The notes under the pieces are model-generated. The model was not told the origin of the DNA, did not search any database, and saw only the letters and a list, made by a program, of their open reading frames with translations. Shown piece by piece: positions 40,802 to 50,764 of a DNA stretch of 64,000 nt. Source of the DNA: Candidatus Poribacteria bacterium. GTDB taxonomy: Bacteria > Poribacteria > WGA-4E > PCPOR2b. The stretch spans positions 3,520,001 through 3,584,000 of the forward strand of contig OZ242326.1 in assembly GCA_965208325.1 (NCBI GenBank). Reading direction: 5' to 3'. Each line of letters starts with the position of its first letter. Position 1 is the first letter of the stretch. The position numbers and the translations under genes were made by a program.

Positions 40802-41016
40802 ACCAGAACAAATTTCCCCTCAACTGGAATGAAAAACGGGTTCAGAAGGTCGTCACCCATTACGAAAAACAGGCGGCGGATGAAGCCACGGCCGAAGATG
40901 AAGTTGCATTTGCGGATTCATCTCAAACAGTTATACAAATTCCTCAAGAATTAATTCCAATTGTTAGCGAACTAATTGCCAAGCATTCAGGTAATAAAAC
41001 CGTACAACCTAGTTAA
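40798..41016 (+). CDS. 72-aa acidic putative antitoxin, ATA start overlapping the toxin stop (absent from the ORF track)
   Basis: Translated by hand: (M)NQNKFPLNWNEKRVQKVVTHYEKQAADEATAEDEVAF...IPQELIPIVSELIAKH; GGAGAGG upstream. Confidence 0.6.
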   Translation: MNQNKFPLNWNEKRVQKVVTHYEKQAADEATAEDEVAFADSSQTVIQIPQELIPIVSELIAKHSGNKTVQPS

Positions 41017-41257
41017 CGAAGCGTGGCAGCTTTCTAAGTCTCAAGCTGTTGGAACGCTTGCTAAATGTAGGCACCAGCCGATTCACCAGGAGGAACCTTG
41101 AAAAAATAGGAGGTTTTCTACACTAGCGAATGTCCAAAGTATACCGACCGATAAGCCTATTCCGTCTATCAATCGCCGGTTAGCTTAGGTAAGCGTAGTT
41201 TGTTGCAAGTGTTGATTCGGGTTGTTGGGTGCAAGTAGGGGCATCACTAAAGGGGCA

Positions 41258-41962
41258 ATGGATCTTCAGGAAGCCAAAATTCAATTAGACGATGAAGGTT
41301 TTTGCGTATTGGAAGACCAGATCGATGCGCACGAAGCCGATTACCTTAACATGCGAGCGTGCGACCTGATGGAGTCTACTCTAGGGCAGGGAACGTATCT
41401 TAGCTTGGAGGGTTCATTGGACCTCATTCCTGAACTCGCGCCGCTATGCATCCATCCCTCTATTCTTGAATTGGCAGAAACGGCGCTGGGGGAAAATTTT
41501 ATCCTTGCAAACAATGTCGCTATGAAGTTGTGTAAACCCGGGGCGGGATTGGGAGGATTACACGTGGATTGGCCGTTACCGAGTATCCCGAAGCCTTGGC
41601 CAATTTCGCCCACAGGATTGGCGGCGTTCTGGATGCTCACGGACTTTACAGCGAAGAACGGTGCGACTGCGGTGATTCCGTTTAGCCATCATACGCGGCG
41701 AGATCCTATTTCCAACCGTACATATCAACATGAAGTACCTGTCGTCGGGAAAAAGGGATCGGTGTTAGTTTTTGTCAACGGAATTTGGCATCGCAGCGGC
41801 GCAAACACTACCCAGAATGAAAATCGTATGGCCGCCAGCGTATTTTATGTGCCTTCTTTTATCTACCGCCCCAGAGATGGCTGGCCAATTATGAAGCGGC
41901 ATGTCTACGATAAATTCCCGCCACAATTGCAAATACTGTTGAAACGGTCGGTTGAAGAGTAA
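41258..41962 (+). CDS. PhyH-family Fe(II)/2-oxoglutarate dioxygenase (HVD...H)
   Basis: LHVDW, LTDFTAKNGAT, WHRSGAN..NRMA. Confidence 0.9.
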   Translation: MDLQEAKIQLDDEGFCVLEDQIDAHEADYLNMRACDLMESTLGQGTYLSLEGSLDLIPELAPLCIHPSILELAETALGENFILANNVAMKLCKPGAGLGGLHVDWPLPSIPKPWPISPTGLAAFWMLTDFTAKNGATAVIPFSHHTRRDPISNRTYQHEVPVVGKKGSVLVFVNGIWHRSGANTTQNENRMAASVFYVPSFIYRPRDGWPIMKRHVYDKFPPQLQILLKRSVEE

Positions 41963-42006
41963 CGCGGCGAGTGAATGATATTGAACTATGCGGAGAGCAG
42001 AAGAGA

Positions 42007-42720
42007 ATGGAACTGAAAGAAGCCAAGAGGCAGTTGGATGAGCAAGGCTATTGTATATTGGAAGATTTGCTAGATCCCGATGAAGCCGGTCATCTTGATG
42101 CCCAAGCGCGCTCCTTCATGGGTCATCAGAACGCGCATATCTGGGGTACAAATGGATATCTTAGTCTGGAAGGGGCATTAAATCCCATACCGGAGTTGGC
42201 TCCGCTGTGTACGCATCCCACGATTCTTGAATTGGTGAAGATGGTACTCGGCGATGATTTTATCCTAGCGAACAACGTAGCAATGAAGTGGTGTAAACCC
42301 GGTGCAAAGGCAGGGGGTCTCCATTCTGCTTGGGCGGCAAGGGAGAGATCTCATACGTTTGTGGATTATTCGATTGATCTCCAAGTCTTCTGGATGCTTA
42401 CGGATTTTACGGCAGAAAATGGTGCTACGATGGTCGTGCCTTTTAGTCACCATTCGCGCCGTTCCCCGACACAAGAGCGCTACCCGCAGGAAATTCCCGT
42501 GGTTGGGAAAAAAGGCTCGGTGTTCGCGTTTTACGACACACTCTGGCATCGCAGCGGCGCCAACACCAGTAACGACCAGCATCGCATGGCTGCCAACATG
42601 CTTTATCTCCCTTCGTACATTTATATCCACACGGGACAGTGGCCGCCGATGAAACGTGAGCTCTACAATCAATTATCGACCCGCTTGCAGGAGCTACTAT
42701 CACGGTCGGTTGAAGCATGA
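42007..42720 (+). CDS. PhyH-family Fe(II)/2OG enzyme paralogue with HSA...H motif
   Basis: LHSAW aligns to LHVDW of the upstream paralogue; LTDFTAENGAT, WHRSGAN..HRMA. Confidence 0.88.
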   Translation: MELKEAKRQLDEQGYCILEDLLDPDEAGHLDAQARSFMGHQNAHIWGTNGYLSLEGALNPIPELAPLCTHPTILELVKMVLGDDFILANNVAMKWCKPGAKAGGLHSAWAARERSHTFVDYSIDLQVFWMLTDFTAENGATMVVPFSHHSRRSPTQERYPQEIPVVGKKGSVFAFYDTLWHRSGANTSNDQHRMAANMLYLPSYIYIHTGQWPPMKRELYNQLSTRLQELLSRSVEA

Positions 42721-42967
42721 TGGCGGCGGTTTAGTCATCAGTTCCCCAAGATTTGATGATGTGTTACACCTTTTCCTTCGACCCGCGCACGCACCTAAAC
42801 CCGTACAGACTATTCCTGCCCCCCAGTTCTTTGTTGATTGAATGAAATCTCATGCCATTGACGTAAAAGTTTACTTTGCCATTTGCAGTGCGTTATGCCG
42901 CCGGTTTGGCTAACAAGACATTCAAAAACCTGCCCCAATAACAGATACCTGAAGGTTGGAGGACATT

Positions 42968-44776
42968 GTGAAAACTGAAGAGACTGGCGGGTTACCGTCG
43001 TGGGATCTGTCGGACCTTTATTCAGGCATAGAAGCCCCGGAGCTAGAAAAAGATTTGACGTCGATGACCGCTAAAGCGGCGGCATTTGAACAGGAATACA
43101 AAGGGTGTATTGTCCGACGTGATGTAACCGCCGATTTACTCCGATCGGCGTTGGAAGCCTATGAAAAATTACTGCAGGCACAGTACAAGCCCGGTGCATT
43201 TGCTAGCCTGCTGTATTCAACAGATACCGTAGATAGCCGCCGCGGTGCACTACTACAACGAACACGGGAGGTTGGTTCAGCTGCGGCAAAGCATTTAATT
43301 TTCTTCGAACTCGAAATTGGAAACATCCCGCAGGACACTTTCGATGGTTTAATCGGTCAACCGCAACTCGAACCATACCGTCATTATCTTCAACACCAAC
43401 GTGAGCTTGCAAAACACAACTTAAGCGAGGCGGAGGAAGGGATTTTAGAGGAAACCGCCAATACACGCGGCCGTGCATTTGAACGGTTATTCACCGAGAT
43501 AACATCACGTCAAATTTACCGCCTTGGCGCAGAAGAGCTGACTCAAAGCGAGCTGCTTGCGCGCTTCCACGACCCCGTCCGTGAAACGCGTAAGGCCGCC
43601 TCAACCGCCTTAACACATGCGCTCAAAGAGGGCGCCCACATACTGACATTTATCTTTAATACGCTGCTTCACGAAAAGCAGGTAATTGACCGTTTGCGCG
43701 GCTTTTCGACGCCAGAAGCAACACGTCACCTCGACAATGAGGTAGACGAGGCAGTTGTCAATATGGTTGTGGACGTGTGTGTGGACAATTATGGAACCGT
43801 CGCCGACTATTATCGCTGCAAGCGCGAGTTGCTAGGGCTGGATGAGTTGACCCACTACGATCGGTATGCTCCTATAACGAGCAAGCGCACTAAGTTCTCG
43901 TTCGAGGAAGGCAAAGACATCGTGCTCGACGCCTTTGGACGATTTTCAACGAAACTCACCGAAATTACCGAACCGTTTTTCAGCAGACGTTGGATTGATG
44001 CTGCCCTGCGAACCGGTAAACAGGGCGGCGCATACTGTGCCGCTATCACACCAGATTTACATCCATATGTTCTCATGAATTACACTGGCGAGCCGCGTGA
44101 CGTGATGACGTTAGCGCACGAATTGGGACACGGCGTTCATGATGTCCTTGCCAGCGAACAGAACTTACTTAATTACTACCCTGTCCTACCGCTGGCAGAG
44201 ACCGCAAGCACCTTCGGTGAAATGCTGGTCTTTGACGCGCTTCAAGCTAAGCTGTCTTCGCCGCATGAGCGGCTGGCTCTATTGTGCGGGAAGATTGAAG
44301 ACACTTTTGCGACTGTGTTTCGTCAAATTGCAATGTACCGCTTCGAGCGAGAAGCGCATCGCCTACGGCGTGAACAGGGCGAGCAGCCTACCGAAGCCTA
44401 CTGTGAACTCTGGCAGCAGACGATGCAGGAAATGTTCGGCGACTCACTGACGTTGGGCGAAGAACACCAGTGGTGGTGGCTTTACATCCCGCACATTAAC
44501 CAAAGTCCGTTTTACGTCTATGCCTATGCATTCGGCGAGTTGCTGGTGCTGTCACTTTATGCGAAGTATCAACACGAGGGCGGAGCGTTTGTGCCCGCCT
44601 ACTTTGAATTGTTGCGCGCTGGTAGTTCTGCGCCGCCTGCAAAATTAATCGCTGACATGGGAATTGACATCACATCTTCTGACTTTTGGCAAGGCGGATG
44701 CAATTTGATTCTCGAAAAAGTCAAACAGGCGAAGGAACTGGCAAAGACTATTAGCGTGGATAATGGCAGGTATTGA
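42968..44776 (+). CDS. M3 family oligoendopeptidase (PepF-like)
   Basis: WDLSDLY, GKQGGAYC, TLAHELGHGVH, LAETASTFGE, FYVYAYAFG. Confidence 0.93.
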   Translation: MKTEETGGLPSWDLSDLYSGIEAPELEKDLTSMTAKAAAFEQEYKGCIVRRDVTADLLRSALEAYEKLLQAQYKPGAFASLLYSTDTVDSRRGALLQRTREVGSAAAKHLIFFELEIGNIPQDTFDGLIGQPQLEPYRHYLQHQRELAKHNLSEAEEGILEETANTRGRAFERLFTEITSRQIYRLGAEELTQSELLARFHDPVRETRKAASTALTHALKEGAHILTFIFNTLLHEKQVIDRLRGFSTPEATRHLDNEVDEAVVNMVVDVCVDNYGTVADYYRCKRELLGLDELTHYDRYAPITSKRTKFSFEEGKDIVLDAFGRFSTKLTEITEPFFSRRWIDAALRTGKQGGAYCAAITPDLHPYVLMNYTGEPRDVMTLAHELGHGVHDVLASEQNLLNYYPVLPLAETASTFGEMLVFDALQAKLSSPHERLALLCGKIEDTFATVFRQIAMYRFEREAHRLRREQGEQPTEAYCELWQQTMQEMFGDSLTLGEEHQWWWLYIPHINQSPFYVYAYAFGELLVLSLYAKYQHEGGAFVPAYFELLRAGSSAPPAKLIADMGIDITSSDFWQGGCNLILEKVKQAKELAKTISVDNGRY

Positions 44777-46260
44777 GGCGAGAATCAGTGATTCGCCTCT
44801 TTCCAAAAGACGATTGTAGAAAGATGAAATTAAACAATCAACGGAATCGGTTTATAAACTACCTCGAATCAATCCCAATCCAATGTCTCGGCGCAGCTAT
44901 CTTCTTTTGGATTTACCACAAGTTCCTAGTCTATCTGATGATGGATGGGCTCAATCTTGGCGCTGTAAAATTCGACAGCCATGTTGCACCGCTCTATGCG
45001 GAACCACAACCCAACCTGAGTTTGTGGGTATTTCCGGCGTTAATTATCCTCGCGGGGTTCGTTCTAATTTGCCGAAAAATACTACTCCGTCAAGCTACTT
45101 CGCGCGCTCGGTTTTTTGCAATTTCAATCTTGAGTTTTCTAGTCATCGGCATCAGCGTTGCGATGATTGACGGTTATCAAGAGGTGGATGGGCAGCACAT
45201 ACCCGCCTTCCTCGAACCGTACACACGGACTAGCTTGGAATACTATGGGGATGTACCGAAAGTTGACGCGGTGGGCGTCGAATCCTTTCTGCGAGACTAT
45301 GCGAAACCGGAACTGTTCCAAACTTTATCGCTACATTCCCAAACTCATCCACCGGGCGGCATTCTGTTTCTATGGATGGCCAGTAAATGCTTTGGTTATA
45401 ATCTACTGTCCGCCGCCCTTGCGACCATCTGCTTTACGAGTATAACCGTAATTCCAATCTATTGGCTCGCGAAGGACTTATACGGTGAAGTTGTTGGACG
45501 GTACGCCACGGTACTATTCTTGATTATGCCCAACTTTGTCATGTTCACGACAACATCCATGGATGGGCCGTTCAGTGTATTTCCCATGGTTAGCGTCTAT
45601 CTATTTTACAAAGCCACGTCCACCAGATCAACGCTTTACGCTGCCCTAACAGGAATTTCACTCGGATTTGGGATGTTTATGACCTTTTCAACTGTTTTCA
45701 TTGGACTGTTTTTTGGTGTTGTGACACTGCTTACACTAATGATGGATCGCAAACGGTTCAAAGGTGTGTTGACAGCATTGTTCATTGCCGGCGCGGCATT
45801 CACCGGATTCTATCTTCTAATGTTTGCGCTCACTAGGTTCAACCTACTTGACGTGTTAATGGCTGCGATTGAAAAGGACGAGAATTTAATGGGGACAGGG
45901 TACGAATCAATTTCGCGGTACTTTCACGTAAGCATTGCGAACCTGTTTGCCTTTTTAATCGGCATCGGAATACCCATAACGATAGTATGGTCGAATCAGA
46001 CTCCACGGATGTTTCGGCGAAGAGACATCTATGCGATTGGCTATTTTATCTCGTTGCTCGTAATTGCTTTTTCAACGCTGTACACAATGGAGGTGGAACG
46101 CATCTGGCTATTCATGGCACCGTTTGTCGTGATTCCAGTTGCAAAGTACCTTCGAGATCTCTGCGACGATCAACGGAGCACATCTCCATTCTATTGGGTT
46201 GCGGGGTTGTTGTGCCTTCAATTGACTCTGTTTGAGGCTACACTGTATACGTATTGGTAG
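44773..46260 (+). CDS. GT-C (ArnT/PMT-like) integral membrane glycosyltransferase; start uncertain
   Basis: THPPG motif, many TM helices, MEVERIW. Confidence 0.65.
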   Translation: MRRESVIRLFPKDDCRKMKLNNQRNRFINYLESIPIQCLGAAIFFWIYHKFLVYLMMDGLNLGAVKFDSHVAPLYAEPQPNLSLWVFPALIILAGFVLICRKILLRQATSRARFFAISILSFLVIGISVAMIDGYQEVDGQHIPAFLEPYTRTSLEYYGDVPKVDAVGVESFLRDYAKPELFQTLSLHSQTHPPGGILFLWMASKCFGYNLLSAALATICFTSITVIPIYWLAKDLYGEVVGRYATVLFLIMPNFVMFTTTSMDGPFSVFPMVSVYLFYKATSTRSTLYAALTGISLGFGMFMTFSTVFIGLFFGVVTLLTLMMDRKRFKGVLTALFIAGAAFTGFYLLMFALTRFNLLDVLMAAIEKDENLMGTGYESISRYFHVSIANLFAFLIGIGIPITIVWSNQTPRMFRRRDIYAIGYFISLLVIAFSTLYTMEVERIWLFMAPFVVIPVAKYLRDLCDDQRSTSPFYWVAGLLCLQLTLFEATLYTYW

Positions 46261-46323
46261 GACGAATTTGGGGGCTCTCCGATGCAATCGACAATATTTG
46301 CGACCAGCTTATTGACTAATACA

Positions 46324-48078
46324 TTAAACATCAGCAATACGAACTGCTTTATTCCTTCTCCGCCTCTTCTTTGACTTTTTCGAAGTCGGAGCGATCCGCG
46401 GCTTTTCATGTTCCTGTTTGGCACCCTTTGGTAGCTGTTTCCCATGCGCAGCCGTCTTTTCCTGCGTTGTTATCCCCTTCTCCAATCGAACATGGGCTTC
46501 ATATTCAGCGTAAGTCCCGATGAATTGCTTAGCTGTGCCGTTCTCAAAAACTACCAGTTTGGTGGCGAGTTTGTTCAGAAAGTAGCGATCGTGGGAGATT
46601 ATCAGGATTGTTGCGGGATACGCCGCCAAGGCTTCCTCAAGCACTTCACGAGATGGGATGTCGAGATGGTTAGTCGGTTCATCAAGAAGAAGCACATTCG
46701 CGTTTTCCATGAGCAACTTAGCTAGCATAACGCGGCTCTGTTCGCCGCCGCTGAGATCGCCAACCCGCTTGAACACTGAATCACCGGAAAACAGGAATTT
46801 TCCAAGGTAATTGCGAATCTCTCCTTGGGTGTGCGTTGGGCGCAACTCCCAAATCTCGTCGATTACGGTGTTCGCTGGATTCAGCCCTCCCAGTTCCTGA
46901 TCGTAATATCCGAACTGAAGATTGTGCCCTGTCTTTAGATTTCCCGTGGTCGGCTGTTCCTGATTGAGAATCAGTCGGAAAAGCGTTGTCTTTCCAACCC
47001 CATTCGGTCCAATGACTCCGATGACATCTTCACGGTGCGCTTCAAAGTACAAGTTTTCAAAAATTGACACACCTCCATATCGTTTGCCCAAATTCTCGCA
47101 TTGTAAAATGTCATTTCCGCCGCGCTCAGCCAGCGTGAAGTTGAGGTTCATTTTTGGTGTTTTGGTATGGGGCTTTTCGATTCGCTCTAACCGATTCAAT
47201 AGTTTCTGCCGCCCTTTCGCTTCGCGTGTGCGTTGCCCAGCGATGTTACGTTGAATAAACTCTTCCTCGTGAGCGATGTGCCGTTGCTGTTTTTTATACT
47301 CGCGTTCTTGGGTCAAAGTCTCGAGGTTTTTGGTTTCGAGATACTTGGTGTAATTTCCGCGGTACGTCTTAATCTTGTGATTATGGAGTTCCACAATTTT
47401 TCCAACAACGCGATCCAAAAAATAGCGGTCGTGTGAGATGACGATTGCCGCTCCTTGGTATTCAGTATTCAGGAAATATTCCAACCACTCAATCGCCTTG
47501 ATGTCAAGATGGTTGGTTGGTTCATCAAGAAGGAGTAGATCGGGCGCTTCAAGCAGCAATTTAGCTAGTGCGGCTCGGCTTTTCTGGCCACCGCTCAAAA
47601 TACCGCATCTTAGGTGAAAATCAGCATCACAGAACCCTAGCCCTCCCAGCGTTTTGTTAATCCGGTGCTCATAGCCGTAACCGCCGATGTTTTCATGCTG
47701 TTCCTGCATCCGGGCATATTCCTCTAATATCACCGGGTTATTCCTGTCGTCCTCCAGCCGTTCGCTTAACAAGAGAAGCCGATCTTCCAGATCTCGCTGT
47801 GCTTGAAATACCTTCAGCATCTCCTGGCGTAACGTACAGTCGGGATGTAAGTCGGTCTCTTGGCTGAGGTACCCAATCCTTGTCTTTTTCCCATGAACGA
47901 CCCTCCCTCGAAAATCTGGGATTAAACCCGATATAATTGAAATTAACGTGGTTTTACCGCTGCCGTTCGGACCAATGAGTCCGATCCGATCCCGATGTTC
48001 AATTGATAGAGATATATCATCAAGGATGAGGTAAGGGTCATACGATTTTGTGACGTGTTCCAATCTGACTAAAGACAT
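46324..48078 (-). CDS. ABC-F family ribosome-associated ATPase
   Basis: Two ABC domains (GPNGSGKT, GPNGVGKT; LSGG; LLLDEPTNHLD; ISHDRYFL), no TM segments. Confidence 0.95.
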   Translation of the reverse strand: MSLVRLEHVTKSYDPYLILDDISLSIEHRDRIGLIGPNGSGKTTLISIISGLIPDFRGRVVHGKKTRIGYLSQETDLHPDCTLRQEMLKVFQAQRDLEDRLLLLSERLEDDRNNPVILEEYARMQEQHENIGGYGYEHRINKTLGGLGFCDADFHLRCGILSGGQKSRAALAKLLLEAPDLLLLDEPTNHLDIKAIEWLEYFLNTEYQGAAIVISHDRYFLDRVVGKIVELHNHKIKTYRGNYTKYLETKNLETLTQEREYKKQQRHIAHEEEFIQRNIAGQRTREAKGRQKLLNRLERIEKPHTKTPKMNLNFTLAERGGNDILQCENLGKRYGGVSIFENLYFEAHREDVIGVIGPNGVGKTTLFRLILNQEQPTTGNLKTGHNLQFGYYDQELGGLNPANTVIDEIWELRPTHTQGEIRNYLGKFLFSGDSVFKRVGDLSGGEQSRVMLAKLLMENANVLLLDEPTNHLDIPSREVLEEALAAYPATILIISHDRYFLNKLATKLVVFENGTAKQFIGTYAEYEAHVRLEKGITTQEKTAAHGKQLPKGAKQEHEKPRIAPTSKKSKKRRRRNKAVRIADV

Positions 48079-48209
48079 GATAAGCGTTTCACTTGAAATT
48101 AGGTTTCTGCGCTTGATGTTGCAGCGGCAACATTAGGTTGAGCGAAGATTGACTTTCTCCGAAAAACTGTGATACCATTCCGAAATATTGTCTCTAAAGG
48201 ACGTAAAAA

Positions 48210-49163
48210 ATGTCCATCGGAAATTATCTCTATCTGACAAGTGTCCCCAATCAAGAGGCAGAGCTGGTAAACGCTGAATCCGCGATTTTAACGGGTCACG
48301 CCCCAAATGCTTGCGGGATAACAATCTCAGAAAGATGTGTTGATGTCACACGTGGCGCCTATGTGAAGTCTTGCATGGAAATTCTGTTCGAAGGAGAAGA
48401 TATCCCAGAGGTTTGCGAACAGATAGAAACCTCAGGATTATACGCTGAAGATTTTCGTGTGTCGGTCGTCAAACGACCGCGCCGTCTGGCAGTGGACACA
48501 ATGAAAATCGCTCATCTCATTGGCGGAGTCATTGAGGGTGCAGTGTGTTTGGCACGACCGCGAGTGGTGTTTTTGGCCGTAATCACGAATGAAAAAGTCT
48601 GGTTGGGAAGGCTTTTGTCTGAATCGGACGGCTGGTGGCTTGTCCACCGAAAGCGTCCGTACATGACATCAAGCGCGCTTCCAACAAAACTCGCAAGAGC
48701 GATTGTCAACCTGATTGCCGACCCTTGCGACCGGCTTGTTGATCCGTGCTGCGGAACAGGTACAATTGTGTTAGAAGCCGCGCACATGGGGATTCGGGTC
48801 GTTGGGTATGACATCAATCCCAAGATGGTCAAGGCAACGCAGGGGAATTTGGCGCATTACAATTTGGACGCCAGTGTTTTACTCGGCGATGCGCGTCAAA
48901 TTAGCGAGCCGTTTGACGCCTTAGCGGCGAACCTACCTTACGGTATTATGCTGGATCGCACCCCGGTACAAGACCGGGAGATTTTGCAGAATCTCAATAA
49001 CGTAGCGCCCAAAGCTGTGTTTGTTGCAATCCAAGACCTAAGCAAACCGCTTGAAGATTTGGGGTATCGAGTTCGACAGATTGTGCACGCTCCCAAACAA
49101 AACATGGTGCGACGAATCTATATCACGGACACTGGATTTACGAGTAGAAGCATTGGAGAGTGA
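48210..49163 (+). CDS. putative RNA methyltransferase (Trm11/UPF0020-like)
   Basis: DPCCGTGT, GYDIN, ANLPYG. Confidence 0.75.
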   Translation: MSIGNYLYLTSVPNQEAELVNAESAILTGHAPNACGITISERCVDVTRGAYVKSCMEILFEGEDIPEVCEQIETSGLYAEDFRVSVVKRPRRLAVDTMKIAHLIGGVIEGAVCLARPRVVFLAVITNEKVWLGRLLSESDGWWLVHRKRPYMTSSALPTKLARAIVNLIADPCDRLVDPCCGTGTIVLEAAHMGIRVVGYDINPKMVKATQGNLAHYNLDASVLLGDARQISEPFDALAANLPYGIMLDRTPVQDREILQNLNNVAPKAVFVAIQDLSKPLEDLGYRVRQIVHAPKQNMVRRIYITDTGFTSRSIGE

Positions 49164-49290
49164 TGCGTGGAAAGTTAAGACTATCACACTCACTATCCGT
49201 AGGATTTATTTATTAGCTCAGTTGACCGCTCAACCCAACCTACATTAACCAGATAGCGTGTCACCGAGCAGTTACGGAAAGACAGCGAAT

Positions 49291-50067
49291 TTATTCGTCG
49301 GCGCCGCGATACATTTCCTGCATCACTTCGCAGATATCTGGAGCATCTGCGAGGTATTGATTCTCTACCAGTTCTTTAAACTCATTGGGAATGCCGTGCA
49401 GCGCCTCGGCGATGGGACCTGCAATTGCGGCGAGCGTGTCGGCATCGCCGCCCAGCGAAATTGCATTACGCACTGCGTCTTCAAAACTCTCAGATTCCAG
49501 TGCACATGTGATTGCCTCCGGCACCGTTCCCTGACAGGTCTCGTCAAAAGAATAACCGGGACGGATATCGTCCACGGTTCGGCTCAGGTCGTAGCCGTAT
49601 TTGATAGCGATAGTTCGGCGAATGTCGGTTGTTGTCTCCCCTTGATACGCGAGCCAGATAGCGTGTGTTGTTGCCCGTGCGCCCTTCATCCCTTCTAGAT
49701 GGTTGTGAGTGATTCCCGTCACACTGTCGGCGGCATTTAGGGCAGCGTCAAGGTCGCCTCGGTTGAGGAAAGCGGAAGGCGAGACGCGCATTGCGGCTCC
49801 GTTGCCGTAACTTTCATAGGGTTCTGGTTCCCAATAAATCCACTGACCAAAAAATCCTCCGTATCCACGGCCCGGATGCCTGCGGCACCACTCCTGCATC
49901 GACTGCGCTGGTGGGAGGTTATTCATCAAGATATGAGCAACAGCCGCCGTGCAAACCGAATCATCTGTGAAATCGCATTGCGGGTCGAAGAATGAAAATT
50001 CTTTGGTTTTTATACGGTTCCACTCGTAAATTGATCCGACAATGTCGCCAATAATCGCACCTAGCAT
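49291..50067 (-). CDS. ADP-ribosylglycohydrolase (ARH/DraG family)
   Basis: GAIIGDIVGS, FTDDS, GNGAAMRVSP, THNH, GGDADT. Confidence 0.93.
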   Translation of the reverse strand: MLGAIIGDIVGSIYEWNRIKTKEFSFFDPQCDFTDDSVCTAAVAHILMNNLPPAQSMQEWCRRHPGRGYGGFFGQWIYWEPEPYESYGNGAAMRVSPSAFLNRGDLDAALNAADSVTGITHNHLEGMKGARATTHAIWLAYQGETTTDIRRTIAIKYGYDLSRTVDDIRPGYSFDETCQGTVPEAITCALESESFEDAVRNAISLGGDADTLAAIAGPIAEALHGIPNEFKELVENQYLADAPDICEVMQEMYRGADE

Positions 50068-50094
50068 ATCTCCTCCAGGTTACATTCAGTGTCT

Positions 50095-50529
50095 TTAATT
50101 CTCCTCTTCATCGTAAAAATCTGTTTCGCCAACGTATTCATCGTCTTCGAGTTCGTCTTCCTCCTCGTACTCTTCGTATTCATCGGACCCCATCAAGATA
50201 TCGAGTTCTCTAGGTCCCTCTATAGTCATCTTACAGATCCAACCATCTCCCTCCGGCGAACGATTGATTAGATCTGGATTATCTTCAAGGGCGACGTTCA
50301 CCTCGATAATTTCCCCTGTAACTGGGGCATACACGGGAAAAGTACCTCCGTCGGCAACTTCAATCCTGCCAAATGTGTCTTCCTGCTCAAGTTCGTCTCC
50401 AACCAACGGAAGTTCCACAAATACAATGTCGCCATAGGCCTGTTGGGCACGTTCGGTGATGCCAACAACCCCTTCTGAGTTAATAACCTCAATCCATTCA
50501 TGTGTGGTCGTATATTTTACTTCACTCAC
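50095..50529 (-). CDS. GcvH-like protein lacking the lipoyl-acceptor lysine, with acidic tail
   Basis: THEWI, VGIT..AQ..GDIVFVELP, VYAPVTGEIIEVN, INRSP.GDGW; EVADGG where ESVK is expected. Confidence 0.85.
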   Translation of the reverse strand: MSEVKYTTTHEWIEVINSEGVVGITERAQQAYGDIVFVELPLVGDELEQEDTFGRIEVADGGTFPVYAPVTGEIIEVNVALEDNPDLINRSPEGDGWICKMTIEGPRELDILMGSDEYEEYEEEDELEDDEYVGETDFYDEEEN

Positions 50530-50764
50530 GGTTCAGCCTCCCGAAGTTCCAAATCCCCAGTATTCACGTATTTTTTACGGGGTAGATAACTTCAATACCT
50601 GAACGGATGTTCTGCTTATGCTGAAATATGTCCTCATGGTAGCGTATTCAATTTGCTTTCGTGCAATGTCTTTTTGCTATGCGGTGCAAAATAAATAAAC
50701 CATCGCCTGTCTTTTGAGATAACACCATTGTGAAAATCCCTCCGAGTCGCATTCCGCTGTCGCG

